Assembly: GCA_937998355.1 (NCBI GenBank)
Contig: CALLDI010000011.1
Span: forward strand, 139,100 to 203,099
Source: an uncultured Eggerthella sp.
GTDB lineage: Bacteria > Actinomycetota > Coriobacteriia > Coriobacteriales > Eggerthellaceae
Reading direction: 5' to 3'
DNA length: 64,000 bases
Positions 8,225 through 17,743 of the stretch are shown here, piece by piece. Every line of letters begins with the position of its first letter. Position 1 is the stretch's first letter. A program made the translations under genes and the position numbers. The notes under the pieces were generated by a model that was not told where the DNA came from, made no database searches, and worked only from the letters and a program-made list of their open reading frames with translations.

Positions 8225-10362
8225 CTCCGCGAGAACTGGAAGGACGCGATGCGATCTTGGAGCGCTGAGAACGCTTGGCGGATGGCGTCATTCGCGGTGT
8301 CCTTGATCGACTGCGGGATCGTGATCGTGATCGGGATCTCGACGGCGCCTTGAATGATCTCGACCGTCGCGATCTCGATGGTGAAGTCGGCATCGTCGAT
8401 CTGGTCCGTTATCGCGTTTTGAGCCGAATCGAGCACATTCTCGAATACCTCGGCGCTCGTATTACGTCCCAGGTTGGCGATCTTCACGTCGATGAGGCGA
8501 GCACAGAACGGCGAGTCATCCGCATAGCCGATGTGCATGGTGTTGACGAGGGCTGCTTTTCGCGGTGAAAGATCAGCGGGTTGCAGACCAACATCTTCGA
8601 TGATCGATTCGAAGCAGTCTGCGGCCCACGACCCCAGTCCGCTCTCGCTCGCGAATGGGATCGCATCGATCGCGTCGTTCAAGACACCCATGAGCGTTTC
8701 TTGGGCTTCGCCGTATCCTTCGAGCAAGCGAGACCAGAGATCGAGCGCGATGCGAGCTCCACTGGTTCCTCCAGCGACGCCTGCTTCTGCGTAACCATCG
8801 AGGATGCTGTTGATGGCGTTCTTCCCGCTCTCGGTCGATTCGGGCAAGAGCGTCGCGCCCGAAAGAGCCACGCGCGCCCTGAGCTGTTCTGTGCTGTTGA
8901 CGAAGCGGGTGGTGAGATTCGAGTGCCCCGGATCGGTGGTCACGACGAATGCGACCGCGCCGAACTTCCCTGGAGGATCGATCTTGATGCGTTGGCTGTC
9001 CGCCTCCTCGAAGGCTTCGCCGATCGACTGGAAGAGCTCTTTGGTCTGCCCCTTGAGCTCTTGCGAGCTTTCGTTGGCTTTTTGATAGGCTTCCTGATAT
9101 GACGTCGCAAGATCGGCGACCTTGAGATAGTGGTATTCGAATCCATTGTCGATCGAGCTCGAGGCGGAAGCTACGCTTCCCATGCTCGTCGCATCGAATT
9201 GGCACTGGGAGCATTTCTCGAATGCAGCATTTCCGTCCGCTTGAGCGAGAGAGCCTTGGCCAGCCTTCGTGCCTTGAGCATAGGCGGGACACTCTTCGAA
9301 CGCATGGAGCACGCGCTTCCCTTGTGCTGAGATCGAGAGAGGGTAGCACGCGTCAGTGTAGAGCGTCGTCCGTTTCATCTCTTCGGTGTTCTTCGGTAGA
9401 CGCGGGAAGTGCGCTTCGAAACCATCGGACGTTCGATTCACGTATCCCTTCGCGAGTTCTTTCGATGCGTATTGGTAGAGCTTCTTGCGCAGCGCCGATC
9501 GTGCGCGCTCCGCGACCGATCCATCGGAAGGAGCCTCTATCTGAGTGCGCGCGCGATAGTATGCTTGCGCACGTGCGAGCGCTACGTCGAAATCCCACGT
9601 TTCAGCAGAAGCATAATAGGGGTTCTCGTGCGCATCGAGGTGGGCGAGCGTCTTCGCTCGTTCGTACATGCAGTAGGAGCTTTCGCTGCCGCTATCGAAT
9701 CGGTAAGCCGCCTCTTTGAAAGCGTTCGCATCGTGAGCGGCTTCTTCGGCCTTCTCGCCAAGATCCTTGATCGTACCCCGCTTCTCCTCCGCTTCTTGGA
9801 AGGCATCGTCGCTGATGCGATGCTCGGTCGCTTCGAGTGGATCGGTCTGCCAAGGAACGAGGACGGCGATGCCGGTATACGATGCGCCGCCTCGTATACC
9901 CGAGTTCGCGTCGATGACGCTCTTTGCGCTCGCCGCAGCGGCGAGCGGCAGGACGAGCTTCAAGCGCTCGAGCGCATCTTGCGCTCGCTCGACGAATGAG
10001 ATCTGGGACCGTTTGAGCTTTTGAGCCGTTTGCCAGAGCGTTTCCGAGAGCGTTGCGGTAACAGGAGTGCACGCTGCAGCTACGCTCAAACCGAGACAGC
10101 ATAACGACGACAGGGAGAGCGAGAGCGCCATCGCATCGCAAACGGTCCCGACGACGTAGTATTCGCCCACCACGTTCTCCGCGGCGAGCGCTGCGACGTC
10201 CGCAACCTCTTGAATGTCAGCTGATACGGATTCGATCTCGTAGACCTGAGCAGCGGTGAAAATGAGCGCGAGCGTGATGAGCAGCGCAAGAGCGACTCCT
10301 ACGGTCGAGAATCCCTTCTCATCATGAAGGTTCTGTTCAAGGTCGTTCAAGAAGCGTTCCAT
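8215..10362 (-). CDS. Large TadG-like pilus-associated protein
   Basis: DEKG|FSTVGVALALL pilin-like N-terminus and IQEVADVAALAA Tad motif; position within the Tad operon. Confidence 0.72.
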   Translation of the reverse strand: MERFLNDLEQNLHDEKGFSTVGVALALLITLALIFTAAQVYEIESVSADIQEVADVAALAAENVVGEYYVVGTVCDAMALSLSLSSLCCLGLSVAAACTPVTATLSETLWQTAQKLKRSQISFVERAQDALERLKLVLPLAAAASAKSVIDANSGIRGGASYTGIAVLVPWQTDPLEATEHRISDDAFQEAEEKRGTIKDLGEKAEEAAHDANAFKEAAYRFDSGSESSYCMYERAKTLAHLDAHENPYYASAETWDFDVALARAQAYYRARTQIEAPSDGSVAERARSALRKKLYQYASKELAKGYVNRTSDGFEAHFPRLPKNTEEMKRTTLYTDACYPLSISAQGKRVLHAFEECPAYAQGTKAGQGSLAQADGNAAFEKCSQCQFDATSMGSVASASSSIDNGFEYHYLKVADLATSYQEAYQKANESSQELKGQTKELFQSIGEAFEEADSQRIKIDPPGKFGAVAFVVTTDPGHSNLTTRFVNSTEQLRARVALSGATLLPESTESGKNAINSILDGYAEAGVAGGTSGARIALDLWSRLLEGYGEAQETLMGVLNDAIDAIPFASESGLGSWAADCFESIIEDVGLQPADLSPRKAALVNTMHIGYADDSPFCARLIDVKIANLGRNTSAEVFENVLDSAQNAITDQIDDADFTIEIATVEIIQGAVEIPITITIPQSIKDTANDAIRQAFSALQDRIASFQFSRRWR

Positions 10363-10913
10363 CGTTCAATCCATTGGTCGGGGTCGGTGCCGATCGGGTT
10401 CTGCTGTACCCAAGCGCTCTTGGTCGCAAGATGATGCGAGACTTCGAGTTGGTAATTGCCCTCATCGTTGAGAACACCGAGCGCTTCGAGGCCGAAGTCG
10501 AATAACGGCAACGGTTTCACCTCGTTGGTTATCTCAACGGTGACCTCGCTGGTCGATTCATCTCCGGTATAGGTGATGACCCACGTGCACGATGGCTCAT
10601 GCACGTGGAAATTATCTTGTTGAGGGACGGCGGCAAGACGGCGCTTGGCGAAGTCTTCGACCGCGTCGACGTTCTTCTCCATCAGAGATTCGGTCGCAAC
10701 GATCCTGCAGGTCTCTGCGGCTGCGCCTTGCATGACGAGCGTGGTATAGAGCAGAATGGCCGGTTGGATCAAGAGCAGAAGGGCGAGCAGGAGCACAGGG
10801 ATCAGGAATGCCGCCTCGACGACCGCCTGTCCTTTCTCTTTGCATCTCGTCCTTCTTGTCGATCGAGCGAGCACGCTCTTCGCACGGTATGTTCGCATCT
10901 TGCACGCTTTCAT
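10347..10913 (-). CDS. TadE-family minor pilin
   Basis: EKG|QAVVEAAFLIPVLL motif; exact start uncertain. Confidence 0.85.
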   Translation of the reverse strand: MKACKMRTYRAKSVLARSTRRTRCKEKGQAVVEAAFLIPVLLLALLLLIQPAILLYTTLVMQGAAAETCRIVATESLMEKNVDAVEDFAKRRLAAVPQQDNFHVHEPSCTWVITYTGDESTSEVTVEITNEVKPLPLFDFGLEALGVLNDEGNYQLEVSHHLATKSAWVQQNPIGTDPDQWIERWNAS

Positions 10914-10916
10914 CGT

Positions 10917-11147
10917 TCACACGCACACGAAGTCTTTGATGTTGTCGAATTCGAACGACTCGATGGCATGGGAGGAGTTCGCGAGCGCATGCTCGACGAT
11001 CTGTCCGTTCTCGAGGAATGCATGCAGCGCCCCGAATGCGATGACGATCGCGAGCATGCCGACCAGGACGACCGCGTATTCCACGCTCGCCTGGCCAGAC
11101 TCGCTCCGGTCCATTTCTGCCGGTCTGTTCCGAAGGTCTTGCATCAA
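10917..11147 (-). CDS. Flp-like small pilin
   Basis: ESG|QASVEYAVVL prepilin motif. Confidence 0.82.
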   Translation of the reverse strand: MMQDLRNRPAEMDRSESGQASVEYAVVLVGMLAIVIAFGALHAFLENGQIVEHALANSSHAIESFEFDNIKDFVCV

Positions 11148-11359
11148 AGTCCGTTGATCCCTGCTGCGATCGCATCCCAGAGTTCCTGGATCTTCGGACG
11201 GAAGAGTGTGATCGCGATCACGGCAATGACCACGAGGACCCCGACAAGGATCGCGTATTCAGTGGTACCCTGACCTTTCTCTTGGACCCAGAAGTCGATC
11301 GCCTTGTTCGCGACCGATCGATGCTTTTCGGCAAGCCAAGCGCGCATTGAGTGGTACAT
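11144..11359 (-). CDS. flp: Flp family major pilin
   Basis: EKG|QGTTEYAILVGVLVVIAVIAI Flp motif; strong AAGGA RBS. Confidence 0.9.
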   Translation of the reverse strand: MYHSMRAWLAEKHRSVANKAIDFWVQEKGQGTTEYAILVGVLVVIAVIAITLFRPKIQELWDAIAAGINGL

Positions 11360-11382
11360 GGTGGTTCCTTTCGTTCGTATTC

Positions 11383-12321
11383 CTAAAATCCGCCGATCAG
11401 CTCTAAGATGACCGGACCGAGAATGAAGATGAGCATGGCGGGCAAGATGAGCGTTCCGATAGGGATGAGCATCTTCACTGGTGCTTTTGCGACGCGCTCT
11501 TCGAGCTTCGTCTTTCTCGTCGCGCGAATCTCTGCTCCTGCGTTGCTGAGCGTTTCAGCCATCGAGGTGCCGAAGCGCAGCGAGCGGATGATGCTGTCCG
11601 TGATCCGCTCGAGCAAGCCCGAGTCGTAGCTCTCTGCGACGGTGCGCAGTCCGTCCTCGCGCGTGATGAGCCCGTGATCCCATTGCGTTTGGAGTCGCTC
11701 GCACATCTCGCTCAGCCCGCAGGAGAAATAATGGCAATAGAAGCTGAGCGATCGGTCGAAGCTCAACCCGCTGCGCAATCCGAGCACGAGCACTTCAATG
11801 AGTTGCGAAAGCTCGTGCTCGACCGAGGCGCATCGCGCCTCGACCTCTTGTTCGAGCGCTACTTGGAGCAGGTGATAGCCGACCAAGAATCCGATGCAGA
11901 GCAGGATGAGAGCGAGCAGCTCGGAGAACACGAGCCCGCAGGCGAACCCTCCGAGCGCGAATCCGATCGAGAGGTTGCGCCGTACGCGGGCGCATCCTTC
12001 AAGGTCGACCCGTCCTGCAAGCCCTGCTTTCTTGATCAGCATCGAAAGCTTGTCCTTCTGCAGCGACCAAAAGCGCTTCGGAGCGCGGGCCTGTTGCGTC
12101 CCCTGTTGGGAACACGACAGCGCCAGCATGAGCACTTTGCGATAGATGCCTCCGATCTGCACGAGCGCATGAGCATCAGCGCCTTGATCAGCTGCGCCTG
12201 CTTGCAGGCGACACGAGCGGATGATCTTCTGCTCTTGGTGCTGCGCAAGACCCCAATAGCCCAGTGCGCTGCCCGCAATCGAAGCGCTCGCTATCCCGAG
12301 GACGATCATGGCTGTTTGCAT
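11383..12321 (-). CDS. tadC: Tad pilus platform protein (T2SS F family)
   Basis: GLSFDRSL, RFGTSMAETL, KAPVKMLIP..TLILPA motifs. Confidence 0.9.
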   Translation of the reverse strand: MQTAMIVLGIASASIAGSALGYWGLAQHQEQKIIRSCRLQAGAADQGADAHALVQIGGIYRKVLMLALSCSQQGTQQARAPKRFWSLQKDKLSMLIKKAGLAGRVDLEGCARVRRNLSIGFALGGFACGLVFSELLALILLCIGFLVGYHLLQVALEQEVEARCASVEHELSQLIEVLVLGLRSGLSFDRSLSFYCHYFSCGLSEMCERLQTQWDHGLITREDGLRTVAESYDSGLLERITDSIIRSLRFGTSMAETLSNAGAEIRATRKTKLEERVAKAPVKMLIPIGTLILPAMLIFILGPVILELIGGF

Positions 12322-13295
12322 CAGGCCACCTCCACGCGAAGGAGATTGCGAACGAGCATGATCCCGATCGCCTGCATCGCGATGGCTACGGCGAGCAAGA
12401 TGATGCCCATCGTGCTCGTGAAGAACGGCTCGAGGAATCCTTCGGACACGAGCGAGAAAACGCCGATGATCAAGAAGGGCATGATGGTGACGATCTGAGC
12501 CGAGAGCTTCGCCTGAGCGGTTTGCGTTCGAAGCAGTCGCTTCAGTTCGAGCTGGTCGTCAACGGATTGTCGGACGACTTCGAGCACTTGAGAGAGGCTG
12601 CTGCCCGTACGATGCTGGATCTCGAGGGCGGTCGCGAGGAAGAATAGCTCTGGTTCATCGGTCTGTTCCTTCAGTACTTCGAGCGCTTCTTCGACCGTGC
12701 CGCCAGCGTTGATGACCGAAGCGGTTCGCTGGAAGACGCCCTTCAAGGGCCCTTCGAGATCGAGCGCGACTTGATCGAAGATCTGTGGTAATGAATATCC
12801 GATGCAAAAGCATGAGTTCATCGCCTGTAAGGCGCTGGGGAGCTCCTCTCGCAAGCGCTCGTGATAAAGATCTTGCTGCTTGCTCACCCAGGTATTGATG
12901 AGGATAAGGCAGAGGAAGATGCAGGTGAGCGCGAAGACCCCTGAACCTGAAACGATCGATGCTCCGATGAATATCACGATCGCCCCTCCGATCAGAAGGC
13001 TCATGAGGGCGGCATCGTACGAGAGGATGTCGCGTTCGTCGAGAGCTCTTCGAACGCGCGCAACGAATCGTTTGGCGAACGAGACCTTGAGGACGAGCCC
13101 TGCAAGAGGAAGGAGCACGCGGATGCCGTTTCTGAAAAGGTGTTGCAGCCGAGCGCTCTCTGCGCCAGAGAGCGCTGCCGCTTCACTGCCGTGCTGTTTG
13201 CGGATGATGGACTGGATGAGCCATACCGCGAAGCTTCCTGCTGCGAAGAAGGCAGCAGCGAAGGCTATGCCGCCGATGACGCGCGTCGTTTCCAC
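12321..13295 (-). CDS. tadB: Tad pilus platform protein (T2SS F family)
   Basis: LP.AL..M....GYSL, IQHRTGSSL, TAQAKLSA motifs. Confidence 0.9.
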   Translation of the reverse strand: METTRVIGGIAFAAAFFAAGSFAVWLIQSIIRKQHGSEAAALSGAESARLQHLFRNGIRVLLPLAGLVLKVSFAKRFVARVRRALDERDILSYDAALMSLLIGGAIVIFIGASIVSGSGVFALTCIFLCLILINTWVSKQQDLYHERLREELPSALQAMNSCFCIGYSLPQIFDQVALDLEGPLKGVFQRTASVINAGGTVEEALEVLKEQTDEPELFFLATALEIQHRTGSSLSQVLEVVRQSVDDQLELKRLLRTQTAQAKLSAQIVTIMPFLIIGVFSLVSEGFLEPFFTSTMGIILLAVAIAMQAIGIMLVRNLLRVEVA

Positions 13296-14629
13296 TGTTC
13301 CACCTCATCTCTGTCGGCGATCCCGAACGACGGGAGAGAATCGATCCAGCTCGGTATCTCGAGCCACGAACCCTTCTCGCTCCACAGCGCTCGTTCGTAG
13401 TAGGTCTTCGTGCTGCAATGCTTTCGTTCGAGGTCGTAGTAATAGCCGACGATCTCGTTGATATAGCGCTTTCCGCCTGGGTCGCGGTTCGTTTGGATGA
13501 CCAGGTCGAGAGCCTCTGCGATCTGCAGTTCGATCACTTCGACAGGAAGATCGACCCCGTAGCGAACCATCGTGGTCAAGCGGCTGATCGCTTCTTTCGG
13601 TGAGTTCGCATGCAGTGTCGTGAGCGAGCCATCATGACCGGTGTTCATGGCTTGCAGCATGTCGAGCGCTTCGCCGCCGCGGCATTCGCCCACGACGATG
13701 CGATCGGGCCGCATACGCAGTGCGTTGATCACGAGGTCCTTGATGCTCACCTCACCGAACCCTTCGATGTTGTTCGGGCGCGCTTCGAGTCGCACCACAT
13801 GAGGATGGGTGGTAAAACGCAGTTCAGCGGAGTCTTCGATAGTGATGATGCGCTCGGTCTGCGGAATGCAGGATGAGAGCGCGTTCAGAAGCGTCGTCTT
13901 GCCGCTTCCCGTTCCTCCTGAAACGGCGATGTTGCAGTGATTCTGCACAGCCCACTGTAAGAAGACGAGCACCTCGTCATCGAAGGAGCCGAGCTCTTTC
14001 ATATCTTCGAGCGAGAAGAACTGCTCGCGGAATTTCCTGATGGTGAGGATCGGGCCATCGAGTGAGAGCGGAGGGATGATAGCATTCACGCGATGCCCCT
14101 GTTCAAGGCGCGCGTTGACCATAGGGGAGGTTTCGTCGACGCGTCTGCCGAGCGGACTGATGATGCGATCGATGAGCGCATAGACTTCGCTCGCGCTGCG
14201 AAAGCGACTGGGACAGCGATGCAGGACGCCATCCGCTTCATAGAAGAGCGATCGCGTGCCGTTCACCATGATCTCGGTGATGCTCGCATCTGCCAAGAGC
14301 TCTTCGAGTGGGCCGAGGCCGAAGACGTTATCGAGGTAGCGTGTGATGAGCGCATCTCGTTGCGCGGGGGCTTGAGCAAGCCACGGACGTTCCTCGAAAA
14401 CGCGCTTGCACACGTGCGTGATCTCATTGCGCGCCTGTAAGGGATTCTGCGCGATCAGTGCTCCCATCTCGAACGATGAGAGGTGCTGCTGCACGCCCTC
14501 GCGCAGCTCTTCGTAGCTTTGATCGAGCGAGTTCGTTGCATCTCGTTCTCTCGTCTTCGATCCAGGGTCGGTCGCATCGGGGCGGAAATGCGCTTCTTGA
14601 GCTTTCGAAACGCGGTCGAGCAGGGTCAT
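13265..14629 (-). CDS. tadA: CpaF/TadA pilus assembly ATPase
   Basis: [12 protein letters not shown]alker [34 protein letters not shown]. Confidence 0.96.
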   Translation of the reverse strand: MTLLDRVSKAQEAHFRPDATDPGSKTRERDATNSLDQSYEELREGVQQHLSSFEMGALIAQNPLQARNEITHVCKRVFEERPWLAQAPAQRDALITRYLDNVFGLGPLEELLADASITEIMVNGTRSLFYEADGVLHRCPSRFRSASEVYALIDRIISPLGRRVDETSPMVNARLEQGHRVNAIIPPLSLDGPILTIRKFREQFFSLEDMKELGSFDDEVLVFLQWAVQNHCNIAVSGGTGSGKTTLLNALSSCIPQTERIITIEDSAELRFTTHPHVVRLEARPNNIEGFGEVSIKDLVINALRMRPDRIVVGECRGGEALDMLQAMNTGHDGSLTTLHANSPKEAISRLTTMVRYGVDLPVEVIELQIAEALDLVIQTNRDPGGKRYINEIVGYYYDLERKHCSTKTYYERALWSEKGSWLEIPSWIDSLPSFGIADRDEVEQWKRRASSAA

Positions 14630-14680
14630 GATCGGCCTCCTTTCATGAATGGTCGTTCGTCAGCAGGGTCGGTAGAGGGC

Positions 14681-16168
14681 TTAGAAGCAGGCGGCGCGTT
14701 TCTTCTGTCGTCCGCGATGTTTCATTCGACCGCTCGCTGGGGCGATCTTCTCAAGCGGCTTCTCCTCGCTCGTGGCGAGCGAGGGCTTGATGCGGTCGTA
14801 GACGGTCTCGGCGAGCACTGCTTCGAGGCTCGAGCAGAACGAATTGTTCAAACGAGAGAGCTTGTGAGCCATGCCCGCTCCCAAGAGCTCGCTCACCTCA
14901 CTGCCGCCGTCCTTGATCTCGTAGACCTTCGCGCCCTTCAACGCGCATGAGACGTCGAGCGAGCTCAAGAGCGATCGTTTCGAGCAGAAGTTCAAGAGAT
15001 AGGAGAAAGAAGTGGTGGCCATGCCGCAGCGAGCGCACAAGTCGAGCGCGTGGTTGCATGCGCGCACCGAAGAAGGCCGCTGGTCGACGAGGAAGAACAC
15101 GTTGTTCGAAGCTTCGAGCAGTTGGATCTGGAGCTCCGACCAGAATGAGCCGGTGTTCACCACGATGAGATCGAAGTGTGGTTTGAGGTAGGCGAGCAAT
15201 TCGCCGATGCGCTCTTCCATCACTTCCGAGTATTCGAGTCGCGCGGGAGCGGCCAGAAGAGCAGGCCAGGTGTCAACCTTGAGCAGCGCTTCGATCTGTT
15301 CGGGATGTTCGAGGATATCGGTCGCATCGAACGTTTCCTTATAGCCGAGCAGGTATTTCAGGTCACCGAATTGGAAATCCGCATCCAGAACGAGCGTGCG
15401 GATGCCTCGTTTCTGCGCGAGCAGCGCGACGAGCGCCGCGATGCTGCTCTTGCCCGTTCCGCCGCTGCCGCTCACGACAGAGATGATGTTCGCACCTTCA
15501 TCGAGAGCAGGCAGCGGGCGTTTCACGATCTTGATCGTTTCGCGCTCGACCTTGGTCGCACGCTCTTCGCGGGGTGTACGCGTCTCGTTGGAGAAGTCCT
15601 TTCGAGGCGGTACTGGCGCTGCTGGGTCGGATGCTTCTGTGAAAGGTGGTTCTTCGATCTCGACCCTTGGGAGCGGGCCTGTCGCTTCGTCTCGTTCGCG
15701 TTCGATGCGCGTCACGGTCACGTTCGAATCGCGCGGAGTTCGCTCCTCTTTCGCGTACGAAGGCACGCGCTGCTGTGTGTTCGTACGCCTGCGACCACGA
15801 GTAGGTGTGTTCTTGAGCTTTCGGTCGGTATAGAGATGGGCGAACTCTCTGCTGCCGCAGATCGGAATGATGCCCGCGTTCTCACAGCGGCTCATCTTCG
15901 ATCCTGAAGGTGAAGAGAGGAAAAGGCGGATATCGTTACGCTGATTGTCCTTCTTCAGGGCGGCTGCGAGGTTGATCCCGTCGATCGAGTCGCTCGAGAC
16001 CACCCAAGTTTCCGCTACAGCATGTTCACGCAAGTACTTGCGTGCGATCAATGCGTCTGCGAAAGGGACGATCCATGTTTGGTCGAGCATGCGCTCGCCC
16101 TTCAGGCCGAGCGCGCTCGCGTCTTCGAGGCATTCGGAATCGGCACAAACCGCGATCTTGGTGGTCAT
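14681..16168 (-). CDS. CpaE/TadZ-like MinD/ParA-family protein with receiver-like N-terminus
   Basis: SGSGGTGKS deviant Walker A, VLDADFQFGD; DGINLAAALK receiver-like segment; AAGGAG RBS before ATG 16168. Confidence 0.85.
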   Translation of the reverse strand: MTTKIAVCADSECLEDASALGLKGERMLDQTWIVPFADALIARKYLREHAVAETWVVSSDSIDGINLAAALKKDNQRNDIRLFLSSPSGSKMSRCENAGIIPICGSREFAHLYTDRKLKNTPTRGRRRTNTQQRVPSYAKEERTPRDSNVTVTRIERERDEATGPLPRVEIEEPPFTEASDPAAPVPPRKDFSNETRTPREERATKVERETIKIVKRPLPALDEGANIISVVSGSGGTGKSSIAALVALLAQKRGIRTLVLDADFQFGDLKYLLGYKETFDATDILEHPEQIEALLKVDTWPALLAAPARLEYSEVMEERIGELLAYLKPHFDLIVVNTGSFWSELQIQLLEASNNVFFLVDQRPSSVRACNHALDLCARCGMATTSFSYLLNFCSKRSLLSSLDVSCALKGAKVYEIKDGGSEVSELLGAGMAHKLSRLNNSFCSSLEAVLAETVYDRIKPSLATSEEKPLEKIAPASGRMKHRGRQKKRAACF

Positions 16169-16223
16169 CTTCGAGTTCTCCTTACTGGTCAAGTGGTTCT
16201 GCGAGGTGGGGAGCGTTGGTCGT

Positions 16224-16952
16224 TCAGACAGTGCTATCGTTCGTGTTGTCATCGGTGCTCGAAGCGGGGTCTGTCCGTTCGGATGCTGACTGGTCGACGG
16301 CGCTGTTCGCGAGCTCTTTCGGTTTTGCAGAGGGGAGCGTGAAGTAGATGTCCATCGATTGGGATGCAGCGACGAATTCCTGGGTCTTCTCAGGGTCGAC
16401 CGCGAGCGTCACCCAGGTGATCTTCGAGCGCGTGGAGCTCTCTTCGGTCCCAGCGCTCGTAGCGAGCACCTCGAGATCGCGGCCAAGGCAGGTCGTCTTC
16501 GTACCCGTGGCGTAGACATCGACCTTGCTCCCAACGGTGATGCTCCCGCCGACCGCTTGCACGTCCTGGGCGGGAAGAGCGATAGCGACCGAACCAGCTG
16601 GGATGTCGAGCTCTTTCGTCTCGTTGTCGAAGCGACTGCTCGAGACCACTTCGCCTTGCAAGATGAGCGATGTCGCTTGTTTGCCCTCGGCCTCGTCCAT
16701 GCTCATGAGCGCGCCTTCAGGTAAGAGATCGGAGAGCCAGGTCGTCGAGGTGCAGTTCGACGGATCGAGGGCCTCTCCAGGATGGATGGTCCTGGTCGCT
16801 ACCAGGACCTCGACTTGTTCGCCTCCGTATCGTTGGAGCGCTTCGGTTCGTTTGGAGTCAGCTTCCGCATAGACCATTTCGGTATAGAGGAAGACGCAGA
16901 CCGCGCAGACGAGCCCGCATATGACTCCGCATACCAATAGACGTTTCTTCAT
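16224..16952 (-). CDS. cpaB: Flp pilus assembly protein CpaB/RcpC (SAF domain)
   Basis: N-terminal TM, VLVATRTI.PGE SAF motif, VGG.I..G.KVDV, VTLAV. Confidence 0.9.
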   Translation of the reverse strand: MKKRLLVCGVICGLVCAVCVFLYTEMVYAEADSKRTEALQRYGGEQVEVLVATRTIHPGEALDPSNCTSTTWLSDLLPEGALMSMDEAEGKQATSLILQGEVVSSSRFDNETKELDIPAGSVAIALPAQDVQAVGGSITVGSKVDVYATGTKTTCLGRDLEVLATSAGTEESSTRSKITWVTLAVDPEKTQEFVAASQSMDIYFTLPSAKPKELANSAVDQSASERTDPASSTDDNTNDSTV

Positions 16953-16991
16953 AAGGTCCCCTTCGTTTTCGTATCTTCATTGTGAGAATCG

Positions 16992-17056
16992 GACCTTACG
17001 TAAAACTGAAGAAAATCTCATGTTTTGATCAACACGACCTTACGAAAATTTGAAGA
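16992..17056 (-). promoter_or_regulatory. Pair of 21-bp direct repeats upstream of the Tad operon (putative operator)
   Basis: GACCTTACGTAAAACTGAAGA (16992-17012) and GACCTTACGAAAATTTGAAGA (17036-17056), 44-bp period. Confidence 0.6.
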
Positions 17057-17168
17057 TCTTGAATAATGCCAGTTCATATAGTGGTTTTTTGGTATGAATG
17101 AAGGGTATGTGGATGATTCGCGAAGAGGGAAGATGAGGGTGATCCACTCTTTTCAATCGCGGTCGATG

Positions 17169-17192
17169 TGGTATCATACGAACAAATGTTTG
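17169..17192 (+). promoter_or_regulatory. Extended -10 promoter plus LexA (SOS) box of ruvCAB
   Basis: TG-G-TATCAT followed by CGAACAAATGTTTG (17179-17192), one mismatch to CGAAC-N4-GTTCG. Confidence 0.75.
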
Positions 17193-17210
17193 TTTTCGAG
17201 AGGAAGCAGC

Positions 17211-17726
17211 GTGTCTTCGATCGACCGCATCATACTGGGCATCGACCCTGGGCTCGCTAATACGGGCTGGGGTATCGTGCGGCAACAAGGTCCTCGGTTG
17301 TCGTGCATCGCGTATGGATGCATCAGCACGGATACCCGTTCGTCCTTGCCGCTCAGGCTGCGCAAGATCTACGAACAGATATCCGCGGTGGTCCAGCGCT
17401 TCGAGCCTACGTGCGTCGGTATCGAGACGGTATGGTTCGGTCAGAACGTCACCGCTGCGTTCGGCACTGGCCAGGCACGTGGAGCCGCGCTCGTCGCGTG
17501 CGCGTCCGAGGGCATCTGCGTCGAAGAGTTCTCTCCACGGCAGATCAAGCTCGCGGTGGTGGGCACGGGTTCTGCCGACAAGCATCAGGTGCAGTACATG
17601 GTCAAGCACGTGCTCTCGCTCGAGCATCCTCCTTCGCCCGATCATGCAGCGGACGCGCTCGCTGCTGCGGTCTGTTTCGCAACGCATGCGTTAGATGGAA
17701 GAAAGCTCAAGCACGTCTCAGCATAG
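17211..17726 (+). CDS. ruvC: Holliday junction resolvase
   Basis: ILGIDPGLANTGWG, GQARG, G.G.ADK.QV, DALAAA; GTG start after GAGG RBS. Confidence 0.96.
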   Translation: MSSIDRIILGIDPGLANTGWGIVRQQGPRLSCIAYGCISTDTRSSLPLRLRKIYEQISAVVQRFEPTCVGIETVWFGQNVTAAFGTGQARGAALVACASEGICVEEFSPRQIKLAVVGTGSADKHQVQYMVKHVLSLEHPPSPDHAADALAAAVCFATHALDGRKLKHVSA

Positions 17727-17743
17727 GCAGGAAGCGAATCATC

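Noticed and set aside
17303..17743. N-terminally extended RuvA (341-aa ORF)
   Set aside because: The extension overlaps ruvC in another frame; RuvA similarity and an RBS point to ATG 17744.
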